A stretch of 64,000 bases of DNA from Octopus sinensis (lineage: Eukaryota): positions 58,962,001 through 59,026,000 of the forward strand of contig NC_043004.1 in the NCBI RefSeq assembly GCF_006345805.1, written 5' to 3'. The translations under genes and the position numbers were made by a program. This document shows, in pieces, positions 1 through 13,115 of the stretch (position 1 is the first letter of the stretch; each line of letters begins with the position of its first letter). The notes beneath the pieces are model-generated. The model did no database searches. It was given only the letters and a program-made list of their open reading frames with translations, and was not told the DNA's origin.

Positions 1-284
1 CACTTACACATACATGCAAACACGCACATGCATGCACACAAGCATGCATACACACACACACACACACACAATGAGTTTCCACACAGTATCCATCAATCAA
101 GTCCACACACAAGGCATTGGTCAGTCCAGGGCCACAGAAGACACATGCCCAAAGTGCTGTGCAGTGAGACTGAACCCAAAATCAAGGAGTTGCAAAGCAA
201 GTATCTTAACCACACAACCATGCCTACACTATATGCACACACACACACACGCTCATATTTTTTGGGGGTGGAATTCTGGCTTAA

Positions 285-909
285 GCTCCCCAAATAACCC
301 TTCATAGCTTTTCAATCAGAAAATTTTTGCAATTTTGTGTTCTATACAGGAATTCATACCATTATGCAAAAAAAGAAATTTTTGATGTTTTCAATATTTT
401 TCTCCTCATAAACACATTTAACCCTTTTGTTACCAACCCGGCTGAAACCGGCTGTGGATCTGTAGTACAAATGTTTTGTTTTCATAAGTTTTGAATTAAA
501 ATATTCCACCAAAACTTAGTCCCAATTTATGTTCCCAATGATGACTTAATGATGACTAAGTTATGTTACTAAATTCTTTGTTATATTTAAAATAATTGAA
601 AGGAACACAGAGCATCTCAAAATAAATACAGTAATGAAAGGGTTAATGGAATGACGATGCACTCAAGGGTGGTCCATTCCTGGGATTTAAGCAAAAAATT
701 TGGACTGTCCATATATTAAACTCTGATTTAAAAAAATTAAATTTGAAAGAGATTGGAACTTTTAGGATTTAAGGGAGGGGGTAAAAAATCTAAAAGAAAA
801 AGTATTTTTTTCTTATAATCATATGAATTCTCATGTGTAGAAGACAAATTTTCAAAAATTTTCTGGCAATTCCAAAAAATGAAAAAGTTTCAAAGGTTAT
901 ATAGGTTGC
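285..909. mobile_element. Diverged fold-back MITE with TTAA flanks, hosting 422-642
   Basis: About 285-395 and about 800-909 are degenerate inverted repeats (cagaaaatttttg..ttct..a..gaattcata). TTAA at 281-284 and 910-913. Confidence 0.5.
422..642. mobile_element. piggyBac-like MITE
   Basis: TTAA on both sides (418-421, 643-646). TIRs cccttttgttac / gtaatgaaaggg (10/12). Confidence 0.72.
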
Positions 910-966
910 TTAACCCTTTTTTTTTTTTTTTGGTTACTTTGATTTTTTAAGTCTGAATGTTCTTAC

Positions 967-1389
967 CTGTGCTTCTATACGCGCGGCTGTCTCAGCGGCT
1001 AGTTGGTCCTTCAGGAGATGAACCTGAGCAATAGCAACTTGTGTTTGTTGCTGTTGCTGCTCAAGTTGCTGGCGTAGCAGTTGCACTTGGTGGTGCCGAC
1101 TAAGGGGCATGTGCGCTTCCAGATGACCGTAGTCCCCAAGTAGCACAGGTGAGCTGATTGGTGACACGATTGTCGTCCCACCTGTCGTCAATGTCTTTCC
1201 AGCCAAACTGACTCCGACATTGCTGACTCGGCCACTCACTCCACCTCCACCACTACTTCCACCAACACCACTTCCACTAATGCAACTACTACTACCACCA
1301 ATACTACCACCAATACTACCACCACTGACGACGTTCCCTCCACCAACCACTAAGCTACTGCTACTGCCTCCTACTGTCACTGCAGCATT
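967..1389 (-). CDS. NOS1AP: Internal coding exon (141 aa, phase 0-0) of a NOS1AP/CAPON-like adaptor: Gly/Ser-rich linker plus conserved Q-rich coiled-coil motif
   Basis: Translation ends ..[47 protein letters not shown], closely matching the recalled vertebrate NOS1AP segment [47 protein letters not shown]. Polypyrimidine tract + tttcag acceptor (1390-1392), CAG|gtaaga donor (965-966), 423 nt. Confidence 0.9.
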
Positions 1390-1484
1390 CTGAAAATAAA
1401 AGAAAGAAGAAAGAGAAAGTAAAGCATCTGTTAAACAGGTGAATAAAAGAATAAGATATAAGATCATCATCCTATACAGGCAAA

Positions 1485-1929
1485 GGTGTGGCTGTGTGGT
1501 AACAAGTTTGCTTCCCAACCACATGGTTCTGGGTTCAGCCCCACTGCATGGCACTTTGGATAAGTATCTTCTACTATAGCCTCATGAGTGGATTTGATTG
1601 ACAGAAACTAAAAGAAGCCCCCGTTGTATATATCTGTATGTGTAGATGGAAGCAGAAAGAAGCCTGTCTTACACACACACATGTATTTGTGTATCTGTGT
1701 ATGTGTGTATGTGTGTGTGTGCATGTGTATGTGTCTTTTCCCCACCGCCACTTGACAACAGGTGCAGGTGTGTTAATGTCCCTGTAACTTAGCAGTTCGG
1801 CAAAAGAGGCTGATAGAATAAGTACCAGGCTTAAAAATTAAAGTACTGGGGTTGATTCCTGCGACAAAAAATTCTTCAAAGTGGTGTCCCAGCACGGCCA
1901 CAGTCTAATGACTGAAACAAGTAAAAGAT
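1485..1929 (+). mobile_element. SINE family A, diverged copy
   Basis: Colinear with 2323-2722. Head-only copies at 73-225 (-) and 1965-2108 (-). Confidence 0.8.
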
Positions 1930-2322
1930 ATATATGTATGTATGTGTAAATAACATACCCCCATACAGTTTCCATTTACCAAAATCATTCACAAAGCATT
2001 GGTCAGGTCAAGAATACTGCAGAAGTCACTTGTCCAATGTGCCACAGACTGGAATTGAACTTAAGACCATGTGGTTGCAAATCAAGTTTCTTAACCACAC
2101 AGCCATGTCTGAATTTATACAGAATTAATCAATATGAAACATCTCTAATTAATTGATAGTAAAACAGTATTACTGTTATTGATTGTAAATATACAAATTT
2201 GATTTAATCACTTATATTTTAATTAAATAAATATTTATATTTTGAAAGTATTCATTCCATTATTTTGTGTAAGTAAGATAATATTTGAAAAGAAATATTA
2301 TATTTGTATTTAAAAGTATTTC

Positions 2323-2722
2323 AGGAGTGGCTGTGTGGTAAGTAGCTTGCTTACCAACCACATGGTTCCGGCTTCAGTGCCACCGCGTGGCATCTTGGGC
2401 AAGTGTCTTCTGCTATAGCCCCGGGCCGACCAATGCCTTGTGAATGGATTTGGTAGACGTAAACTGAAAGCAGCCTGTCGTATATATGTATATATATATA
2501 TGTGTATGTGTGTGTATATGTTTGTGTGTCTGTGTTTGTCCCCCTAGCATTGCTTGACAACCGATGCTGGTGTGTTTACGTCCCCGTCACCTAGCGGTTC
2601 GGCAAAAGAGACCGATAGAATAAGTACTGGGCTTACAAAAGTATAAGTCCCGGGGTCGATTTGCTCGACTAAAGGCGGTGCTCCAGCATGGCCGCAGTCA
2701 AATGACTGAAACAAGTAAAAGA
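2323..2722 (+). mobile_element. SINE family A (tRNA-like head, CORE-like ccttgggcaagtgtc, internal TA/TG microsatellite), representative full copy
   Basis: A-box tggctgtgtgg, B-box ggcttcagtgcc, tail ..ggcggtgctccagcatggccgcagtcaaatgactgaaacaagtaaaag. About 20 copies in the window. Confidence 0.85.
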
Positions 2723-2959
2723 AAAATTTTTTTAAATGTAACTCTTCTTGATATTTCACACCATAAAGGTTGTGAGTGAGCAGAACTGTCAGCACACTGA
2801 AGAGAAATGCTGCTGAGTATTTTGTCCATTCTTATGATTTGAGTTCAAATTCGGTCAAAGTTGACTTTGCATTTCAGTCTTTTGGAATTGTCGAGCACTG
2901 GGATTGACGTAGTCAACTAGTTTCCTCGCAACAAATTTCAGACCTTGTCATCATCGTCG

Positions 2960-3007
<48 letters not shown>

Positions 3008-3656
3008 ATATTATTTAAAGTTCGTTTTCCATGCTGGAATGTGTTGGATGGTTTGATAGGAGAGCTGGCTAGCTTGAAGTGCTGCACCAGGCTCCAATTG
3101 TCTGTTATGGTACGGTTTCTTTGGCAGTATGCCCTTCCTAATGCCAGCCACTTTACAGAATGTGTTGTGTGCTTTATACATGGCACCAGCACAGGTGCTT
3201 CATATGCAGCAGCATTGGCACAAGGTGCCTTTAGTGTGGCATTAACACAGGAAGAATATTACTCACAGTGACAAAATGTGTATTTCCAACATAAGATGAG
3301 TAACACATGGGTGTCAAACTCATTTTGCTTTGAAAACTGGCTTGAAGTATAAATTAGATCTCAAGTGCCAGGTAGCGACCACTATTCCTAAAAGCCCTAT
3401 CTAAAGTAAATGGACGAAGTGATTAAAGGAAAACATATAATGTGTTGGCAATGTTTGTGTGCAGAGATGTGTGAGAAGAATTCATCCACTTAATGTACGT
3501 GCATCCCACTAATTTCATCATGTTTTGCTGCTAACACTGAGGAGGTAAGCCAGTATAATACAATCTAGGTAAGTGCCTTGCATAATAACAACATCGAGTT
3601 CCTGAAACATGTGTATGTTTTATAAAGCTTAAAATAACAATTCTGTGCTTATCATT

Positions 3657-3696
<40 letters not shown>

Positions 3697-3884
3697 ATAT
3701 GTACATGTGTATATATATATATCTATGTCTGTATGTCTGTGCATACACACACACACATGCACACGTACACACACACATGCACATGTACACACACACACAC
3801 ACACATGCACACACACACACACACACACACACATGCACACACATATGAATAGATGTACAGTTTCTGTCCTCTCAGAAATATTTT

Positions 3885-4370
3885 GAATCAAATCAAATCA
3901 AAATCGATGAACATCAATGGAATTTGTATTTTTGTGGTACCAGTGCCAGTGGCACATAAGAAAACCATCCGAACGTGGCCGTAGCCAGTACCGCATCGAC
4001 TGGCCTCCGTGCTGTGGGCACGTAACAAACACCATCCGATCGTGGCCATGCCAGCCTCGCCTGGCCTCTGTGCCAGTGCACATAAAAAACACCATCCGAG
4101 CGTGGCCATTCACCAACCTCGTCTGGCACCTGTGTCCATTGCACATAACAAAAAAACACCATCCGAATGTGGCCGTTCACCAGCCTCGTCTGGCATCTGT
4201 GTCGGTGGCACATAAAAAGCACCCACTACACTCACGGAGTGGTTGGTGTTAGGAAGGGCATCCAGCTGTAGAAACACTGCCAGATCTGACTGGCCTGGTG
4301 CAGCCTTCTGGCTTCCCAGACCCCAGTTGAACTGTCCAACCCATGCTAGCATGGAAAGCGGACGTTAAAC

Positions 4371-4400
<30 letters not shown>
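3885..4400 (+). mobile_element. Family D: RTE-type 3' end SINE/LINE remnant with ~60-bp internal tandem subrepeats and (GAT)n tail
   Basis: ggttggtgttaggaagggcatccagctgtagaaa motif, four ccatccga..tggcc units. Other copies at 8392-8572 (+) and 2947-3200 (-). Confidence 0.7.
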
Positions 4401-4405
<5 letters not shown>

Positions 4406-4642
4406 CTAGAAGGCTCTTGCTCAAGTGCTGTCAAGCAGAGGGGTTGAACTTAGTGTATCATGTTTGTAAACTAAACACCTGAAATCCGCACACCCATTCC
4501 TCTGTTCTCTTTTGAGAAAACAGTGTTTTGAAAGACAAGAGACATATTTTTACTGATTGCAACCCGTTCTCATTCTTTCTTGTCCTTTCACTTCCCTTTG
4601 TCTGTCTGTCTGTCTGTATGTCTCTCTCATAATTAACACATA

Positions 4643-5039
4643 TCTTTATATATAAAAGTGAGGTTGTGTGCTGTCTGTCTCCTACGATTTAGATTCCTAA
4701 CTACTCCCACATTTTGCGGTGCAGTTTAACCAAAACCGGGTATCTTATAGTCGTGATTCATATCGAGCCCTTCTGGGTATTAGCGTGCGTCTATGATGAG
4801 TCTACGATTTAAAAAAAAATTTACCATCAATTTTTTCCATTTTTAATGCATTTTTGGCATATATAAGGGAAGTAACTCTCTAAAAATTTATTATTAAATC
4901 TCAGAACGTAAAAAGCTACAGTAACACCCCCACCTATGTGGTTAGCCATATTGAGATGGCTATTATACTTTACATCTCTAAAAATGCTTATATAGTTATT
5001 TCCCTTACAAACCCGAGCAACGCCGGGCGATACTGCTAG
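4643..5039 (+). mobile_element. Non-autonomous Helitron
   Basis: 5' TC(TTTATATATAAAAG), 3' GC hairpin cccgagcaacgccggg (5012-5027) then CTAG, inserted between A and T, no TSD. Confidence 0.8.
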
Positions 5040-5062
5040 TATATACTAAAATATTCTCTTAC

Positions 5063-5214
5063 CGACTGCTTGCCAATAGGTGGCGCATGTGTTCCTTTAG
5101 TGAGGGTTAATTCACGGGGCGGTAAAATTTTATCATCTTTCAGACATTCCCTAGAGAGTTTCTTTTCATCTCGATTAGATAGCTTTAATTCCTGGCTGTC
5201 AACCTGTTTCTTTG
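5063..5214 (-). CDS. NOS1AP: Internal coding exon (152 nt, phase 1-0), (A)KKQVDSQELKLSNRDEKKLSRECLKDDKILPPRELTLTKGTHAPPIGKQS
   Basis: Acceptor ttttttatttttcag, donor TCG|gtaaga, open frame. The phase-0 end joins exon 967-1389 in frame. Assignment to the gene rests on position and phase, not protein similarity. Confidence 0.75.
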
Positions 5215-6054
5215 CTGAAAAATAAAAAAAACAAAACAAATAGTATGAAACAAAAATATATGCAATAGAATATATTTTAATTACCATATTTCTGTAGGTT
5301 TTGCCTGTTGGTTAATGTCCAGTATTCTTAGATCTTTGATCTTATTGATTGACATAAACATTTGATGAAGTCTGTCACTTAATCTTTGTTGAAGTTAGAA
5401 AAATAAAACACATACACAAAAAGGAAAAAAAAAACACACACAGCCAGTCCCTACCTAAACAACCAGACATATATATTTAGATATTTAAAGAAGTAAATGG
5501 ATAAATAAATAAATAAATACATACATACATAACTAAGTAAATAAAAGAATAACGAGAAGAAAATAGCAGTGATTCTTAAGTAGTTATTTGTAAATAAAAT
5601 GTTAAATTGAAAATTGCAATAACTTCAGTTTGAGCTGAAGTAATTTAATTCAAAAGAAAAAGAAAAGATAAAAATAATAAAAATGGAATATTTTACATTA
5701 AATATAAGAAATAATAATAAAAGACATGGTTATTTATGTATAGAATTGAGCAAATCTCAGATCTGGCATGTTTCGCCTTCTTTCTATGTTTCTGTGTATT
5801 TGATGAAATAAAGTTTTCCAGATAAAATATGATGAATATTTGTTAAAGGGATGCTGTCAATATAAGTGTAAGCTTTACAGATGAACAAACGATTAGAAAA
5901 CATTGCAGAACAAATACAGGTAATTGCTTTCTTTTTTAGAGTTAGTTCAATGTTCAAAGTAAATACAAAATGGTATGAAGAATAAACGAAGAATTTTTTT
6001 TCTGTTTTGATTTTATAAATTCTGTAGTTCACATAGGAGTATACATGAATAGAG

Positions 6055-6273
6055 CAGTGCTTTTCAAACCTTTTCCTGGAGCGGAACCCCAAGTAAACAT
6101 TCCACTGGCTCAAGGAACCCCTGTGCAATAATTTAATAGTCTTATGCACACATATCTGCACAGGAGAATTAAAAATTACTGCTGATTTTAGCAGTTTTGT
6201 AACTTCTTGCGGAACCCCTGGACTGTACTGGCGGAACCCTAAGGTTCCGCGGAACTCTGGTTGAAAACCACTG
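6055..6273 (+). mobile_element. hAT (Charlie-like) MITE, 219 bp
   Basis: TIRs cagtgcttttcaaacc / ggttgaaaaccactg. Perfect 8-bp TSD GAATAGAG. Confidence 0.9.
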
Positions 6274-7892
6274 GAATAGAGAATTATTAAAGGGAGTAGC
6301 AAGTCAATAGAAAACAGGAAACGTAGTGCCAATGACATTTTGAAGGTCCCATGAGGCTGGTGGGGGGGCATAAGTGAGATAAAAACCAATACTCAGTAGT
6401 TGCCTGATGGTTGTATCCTTCATTGTTGCTGCTCTTTAAGCACAACTGTCGGTGCCTCAATAATGGTCTCAGACATGAGTTGACTTCCATCATAATTTGC
6501 ATATTTAAAATAAAAAAAAAAAGATTCAATACCAACAGACAGAGAACTTCTCTGTTATTTGTGACTCCACTGTTCTTTCCCCCCCCCCAGCCCCACTTAA
6601 ATTACTGATTTCTAACTTTGAGTCATGACCACAAATAACATGAGCGAGGTATATTCCCAAGCCTATATAAGAATTCACATTTAGGCGGTGAGCTGGCTGA
6701 ATCAGTAGTATGGTGGACAAAATACTTAGTGACATTTCATCTGTCTTTGTGCTTTGATGTCAAATTCCACCGAGGTTGCCTTTGCCTTTCATCCTTTTGG
6801 GGTTAATAAAATAAGTACCAGTTGAGCATAGGTAATTGACTCAGCCCCACCCCCTGAAATTGCTGGCCTTGTACTAAAATTTGAAACCAATATATTTACT
6901 ACATTAAATGTCAGTTCTACTATAAATAGTAGTGTTTAACATTTATTTCCATACCAAGTAAATCTCGAGTTACCATAGATACCATTTGTTGTGTTGTTTT
7001 CATGTTTTTCTTTTCCATTTGAATCTACTCATCTCGTTTTAGCAGCTGAATCTTCCTCAAATCACACCCTGCTATCTTTAAAAATAAGATCTTGGTCTGC
7101 TTAATCAGAACTGGCCTGCGGAATGATAAACAGCCGACCAACCAATTATCTATTAACTCCACTTAACATTAATATATTTACCACACTAAATGTCAATTTA
7201 ACTCTATTTACCAAACATTCTCACACCAAGCAGGCTTTCTTTCAATTGGTTGCAGATTCCACTCTTTTCTTTGAAGTTATTTGTTGACTACTTATTTCTA
7301 ACAAACGCATAATAACTTATAACACTTTAATGATTTGATTAACTTCAACTAATGTCACACAATCTTCTTGTCTTATATTCTATTAACTCTATTAACTAAT
7401 TCAATTAAGTCTTCTATTAAATTATCTCTCATCCAAGTCGTATTGCTTGTATTAAATAAAATAGGTGCTGGCTTGACTGTGTCAGTAAAGAGTTTATTTT
7501 GTAAGCATGTGGTTCTAGACTCAATCCCAGAGCGCAGCACACTGGGTTAGTGTTTTCCACCATAGCTCCAGCATGGCATTTTTGTACATGGAACACCAAC
7601 CTAAATTTTGAATTCCACAGTTTAAGGATGTCACATATTTTAGAAAGGGGAGCACAACTACCCTCCTTGTATTATTTGGTTCAAAAGTTCACTTTACAAT
7701 CAAATAATTCTAGGTTTGATTCCACCATGTGGAACATTGTGCATGCGCTTTATTTCACATTTAGTGCAGGGCATTTTTGTCCATGTGCCACATGTTTTGG
7801 TGAGGCAGATGGTCAGCCACTGTAACTTATTGTTATTGATCCCAGAAAAGGACGAAAGATATCGGGACTTAAAGACTCATATCTTTATACAG

Positions 7893-8114
7893 CAATGGGT
7901 TTTCAACCACATTTTGTTGCCTGTGGACCCTTCAATTAATATTTAGCTCTAACTGGATCCTCGTAGCCTTTTGAAGTTATTAAAAAGTTCCATTATATGT
8001 TTATAATTAAGTATTATTAGGAATTGTATACAAAAATTGTGTAATGCACAAAAATTGTAACAAAATCTTATTTGGACTCCCGAGGGCCATACGGACCTCA
8101 CTTGAGAACCGTTG
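7893..8114. mobile_element. Older hAT-type MITE
   Basis: TIR-like caatgggttttcaa / ttgagaaccgttg. 8-bp flanks ttatacag / ctatagag (6/8 match). Confidence 0.55.
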
Positions 8115-8278
8115 CTATAGAGCATAGCTTTATGTTCACAACTTCACTGCCTCTGATTAAAGATTAAAAGATAACTTGTAGGTTTTTACTGCTGCTGCAT
8201 AATGGGGTGGGTGGATGAGGATTATAAATGGAACTTGTTATAAGCATGGGGTGTGCCATTTATTATGTGCATGACATT

Positions 8279-8313
<35 letters not shown>

Positions 8314-8739
8314 GTTATATATATATGTGTGTGTATATATATATACACATATATATATATATAACATGTATATATATATCATATATATATATATAAAACA
8401 TACTACACTCGAGGAGTGGTTGGCGTTAGGAAGGGCATCCAGCTGTAGAAACTCTGCCAGATCAGACTGGAGCCTGGTGTAGCCCCTGGCTTCCCAGACC
8501 CCGGTCGAACCGTCCAACCCGTGCTAGCGTGGAAAACGGACGTTAAACGATGATGATGATGATGATGATGATGTGTATATGTATATTATATATATATATA
8601 GTCAATTTAGGGTAGCAAAAAAATTCAATAGAAATTTATCGCAACCAGCGGCCTGGTGAAAAAGAGAAAATAGTCATCATATATATATATATATAACATG
8701 TATATATCTATCATTATATATATATATCATTTTCATCAC

Positions 8740-8781
8740 AACTGTCTGACGAATGGGAATGTGAAACTCGGAGTATCAGTT
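8740..8781 (+). ncRNA. Minimal type I hammerhead motif, intact core, GUA triplet
   Basis: AACUGU CUGACGA AUG GGAA UGU GAA ACUC G GAGU A UCAGUU. Lies just after a (TA)n tract. Confidence 0.65.
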
Positions 8782-8902
8782 TTTGAGGTAATTTTGTAGC
8801 TTTAATAAAAGCATATTATTCTGCCTTTGGTATTCGATTACTATTTTCACAACTTTGTTTTGCATTTAAGTGCCCACCGCTGTGTGTGTGTGTGTGTGTA
8901 TA

Positions 8903-8933
<31 letters not shown>

Positions 8934-10409
8934 TTACACACACACACACACACTCACACACAAATATGCATATATTCATATATGTACACACACATATACA
9001 CTCTCACACTGTATTCTCCATTTACATTTTGGTAAAACTATTTTTTCCTTTTTTCACCCTTTTCAAGCCTAGCTCATGGGCCTGGTTTCCCGGTTTCTGT
9101 GGCATATGTGTTCCCCCCAGCTGGACGGGATGCCAGTCCATTGCAGCATAAAAATAAATGTGCCCTTTTAAAGCCTAGCCAGGCTCATGGGTCCAGTTTC
9201 CCGGTTTCAATGGTGTATGTGTTCCCCAGCTGGATGGGACGCCAGTCCATCGCAGTGTTACTCATTTTTGCCAGCTGAGTGGACTGGAGCAACGTGAAAT
9301 GAAGTGTTTGGCTCAACAACACAACGCATCGCCCGGTCCAGGAAATGAAAACAAAATCTTACGATCATGGTGCTGACACCCTAACCACTAAGCCACGTGC
9401 TTCCATGTAAAACTATTTAATAAAACAATATTTTCTTTGGTTAACTCTCATCTCTCACCCTATCTCTTTCACTCTCTGTTCATCTCCCTCTCTCTTATCT
9501 CTTTTACTTTATTTACTTCTTTAGTTCCATATATTGGTTTCAAATTTTAGCACAAGGCTAGCAATTTCAGGGGTAGAAAGAAATCGATTACATCGACCCC
9601 AGTGCTCAGCTGGGACTTAATTTATCGACCCCGAAAGGATGAAAGGCAAAGTCGACCTCGACAGCATTTGAACCCGGGACATAAAGACAGACAAAATCCT
9701 GCTAAGCATTTAGCCTGGTGTGCTAATGATTCTGCCAGCTTGCTACTTTTATGGTTCCATATAATATTAAGCCTTTTCTTCTGCACCCATCCTCTTCTTC
9801 ATCACCCTTCCTCCCTTCTTCTTCCTCCCCTCCTTGCTTTGTATCTCTCTTACCCTTACTCATTCTTCCACACCTTTCTTTCTTTTTCTCCTTGGCTCTC
9901 TTGCTTTGAATCAAACACATATGCACACGTGCACACACACACACGTGCACACACACACGTACATTCATAGACAAAAGTAATTATGCTTGTTAGCACTGGA
10001 AATGAAAGAGCAGCATTATATGAAGAGGTGCGAGTTAATTATAGCCACAATCAAATTATGTCAATTATCTATGCTATAGAATAATATATCGATATCTCAC
10101 AGCCAATTCCTACTCACCAACAATTAGATTCGATCATTACCAATCAACACTCTTTTAAATGTAAATTGATTCCACAAACTTATTGACTATTATTGTTCTA
10201 TTGTATTGGGGTGTGGTGTGTGTGTATGTGTGTGTGTGAATGCAGGAATGTATATCTCATAGATAGATTTATGTATTGTACATACATGTGTGAGTATATG
10301 TATGTGTACTCACACATGTATTCCTACGCATAAATACATATAAATACATACATATATTACATATATGTGGAGGTGCAATGGCCCAGTGGTTAAGGTAGTG
10401 GACTCGCAG

Positions 10410-11325
10410 TTGTGGCCATGCTGGAGCACCTCCTTTAGTCAAGTAAATTGACCTCAAGACTTATTCTTTGTAAGCCTAGTACTTATTCTATCGGTCTCTT
10501 TTGCAAAACCGCTAAGTTATGGGGATGTAACACACCAGCATCGGTTGTTAAGCGTTGTTGGGAGGATAAACACAGACACACAAACCTATACACACACATA
10601 TATATATATATATATATAACGGGAAGCTTTATGAAAATAAACAAAAGACGAAGGCAGGTGGAATACAAACAAACAATTGTATTAGTATGGCGCTCAGGAA
10701 TATAAATAAAACAAGTCTTTTACGTTTTGAGGAGCCTACGCTCTTCAACAGAAAGATGCACAGAAAAGAAACACGGAGAGAAACAAGGAGAGAAAAAAAA
10801 TGCGTGCAGAAGCTAGCGAATCAACATGCCGATCTGATTTCGGCCAGAAGTCAAAGATCAAACGTGAGACGCAAGAGCGAAATTAGGGGAGATAATAGGG
10901 TTAAATGACCTCGCCCCAACATAGAGTGTGTGTGTGTATGAGAGAGTATGTAGTGCGTATGAGAGGTCTGGATGTGTGTATGTATATATGATGTGATGTG
11001 TAAAGTCGTATGGTGTAGTGTAGAGAGAGGAGATGAGGGGGAGAGGGGAGGAGGGGGAGGTAAGGGGGAGAGAGAGGAGAGATGAGAGGGGGAGATGAGA
11101 TGAGGGGTGAGGGTGATGGGGGAGAAGGAAAGAGGAGAAGAGGAGGGGGAAGGGGGAGAAGGAAGGAACGACGGGCTTCTTTCTGTTTCCGTCTACAAAA
11201 ACCACTCACAAGGCTTTGGTCGGCCCGAGGTTATAGTAGAAGACACTTGCCCAAGGTGCCACACAGTGGGACTGAACCCGGAACCATGTGGCTGGTAAGC
11301 AAGCTACTTACCACACAGCCACTAT
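10410..11325 (-). mobile_element. SINE family A split at its internal microsatellite by a Penelope-type terminal fragment (about 10617-10910)
   Basis: Tail at 10410-10590, head at 11168-11325. Confidence 0.75.
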
Positions 11326-11621
11326 ATATACAAAGTATAGGAGTTTAGTTCACAGGTGATCTAAACGATTAGGTACATTAGGTAAGTGCTGAAACGGATT
11401 ACAGAATATATTTTCCATATTTTTTTCCCCCCATTTGTCTCCGATAATGGAATAACCCATACTCAGGGATATCCCAGAAACAGCTGTTAAGATTTTAAAT
11501 TTCTTCCTATAATATATTGTACATGACTTGAGATATTTGCCTTGCCTTAATGTCTAACGTCCTGTTTAACTATTATATATATGTATATATATATATATCT
11601 CATTTAGAGAATTATTATTGC

Positions 11622-11654
<33 letters not shown>

Positions 11655-12907
11655 AGGTGTGTATGTGTGCAAGTGTGTGTACACTGATACATACACATAA
11701 GCATGTATAAAGATTTATATGTCAGAGAATGAAAAAAATGAGATAGGATGTAGAGTGAAGTAATTGAAAGAAAAGATGGAGAGGGAAATATAGAGGGTGA
11801 TTAAAGAGAGAGAAAGTGTGGGAAAAGAAGACGAGGTTGAAAATGAAGGGAAGATAACGAAGATGAAACTAAGAGAGAGAGAGGGGGGAGAGGGAGAGAG
11901 AGAGAGGGAGAGAGAGAGAGGGAGAGGGAGAGAGAGAGAGAGAAGTTTACTAAACATCAAATATCAAAAATTAATTAGGTTTGGTTCTTTCATAAATAGT
12001 GCTATTCAGAGATGATTACGATGATGATGATGATGGATGGATGCATAGTAGTGGCAGTGGTGGTGATGACGATAATGATGATGACAGCAAAGAAGATGAA
12101 AAAAAGTGAATATAAAGTGGCTATCATCATCGTCATCATCATCATCATCATCATCAGCACCATCATTATGAGCAGCAGCAGCATCAAAACCACCACCACC
12201 TCCACCATTATTGTCATCATCATTTCTAACATTATGTCAGTCACAAATATGTTTAAAGAGCTTGAACACACACACACACACGCGTGTACATACACACACA
12301 CAAGTACGTTCACACACACACACACACGTATACATACACACATATTTATATACAACAGGAACAGCAGTACCAACAACAGTCGCAGCAGCCTGATAGCTTG
12401 GCACCAACATCTTGTGATGTCTTGGAATACCAGCTGTTCTGCGAAGTAGGCCGAATTCTCTCAAGAGTGAAGGACTGGGAGAATCGGTAGAACGTTGGAA
12501 AAATGTTTTACAGTTTTAGTTTCATCTTTTTGCATTTTGGATTCAAATCCTACCGAAGTCAGTATTCCCTTCATACTTGTCATGTTGATGCCACATACCA
12601 TGATCTTGCTAACTGTTTCAGGTACCAATGTAGTACTAAACCGACACAGATATTGGCTCACTCTTGATCCACCAGTAGCTTGCTTACCAACAATATGTTT
12701 CCGGGTTCAGTCCAACTGCGTAGCACCTTGGGCAAGTGTGCAGGAGTGACTGTGTGGTAAGTAGCTTGTCTACCAACGACATGGTTCCGGGTTCAGTCCC
12801 ACTGCGTGGCACCTTGGGCAAGTGTCTTCTACTATAGCCTCGGGCCGACCAAAGCCTTGTGAGTGGATTTGGTAGACGGAAACTGAAAGAAGCCCGTCGT
12901 ATATATG

Positions 12908-12985
<78 letters not shown>

Positions 12986-13067
12986 AAGGGTGAAAAGGAA
13001 CACACGAGTTGATATATATGAAAAAACAAGTCAAAAATAGAAAATGCTAAAATAATTTTATAGTGAA

Positions 13068-13115
13068 CATTTCAGTACCGGTTTCGGTCATTTTGAGACC
13101 TTTTCAACTGTAACG
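13068..13115 (-). ncRNA. Identical hammerhead motif in the Penelope left arm
   Basis: Exact reverse complement of 16180-16227. Confidence 0.7.

Noticed and set aside
5784-6389. 201-aa minus-strand ORF
   Set aside because: It runs through the hAT MITE and AT-rich intron; chance ORF.
12284-12661. Non-repetitive-looking ORFs (QPDSLAPTSCDVLEYQLFCEVGR.. on +; others on -)
   Set aside because: No recognisable family, and no phase-compatible splice sites for the NOS1AP model.
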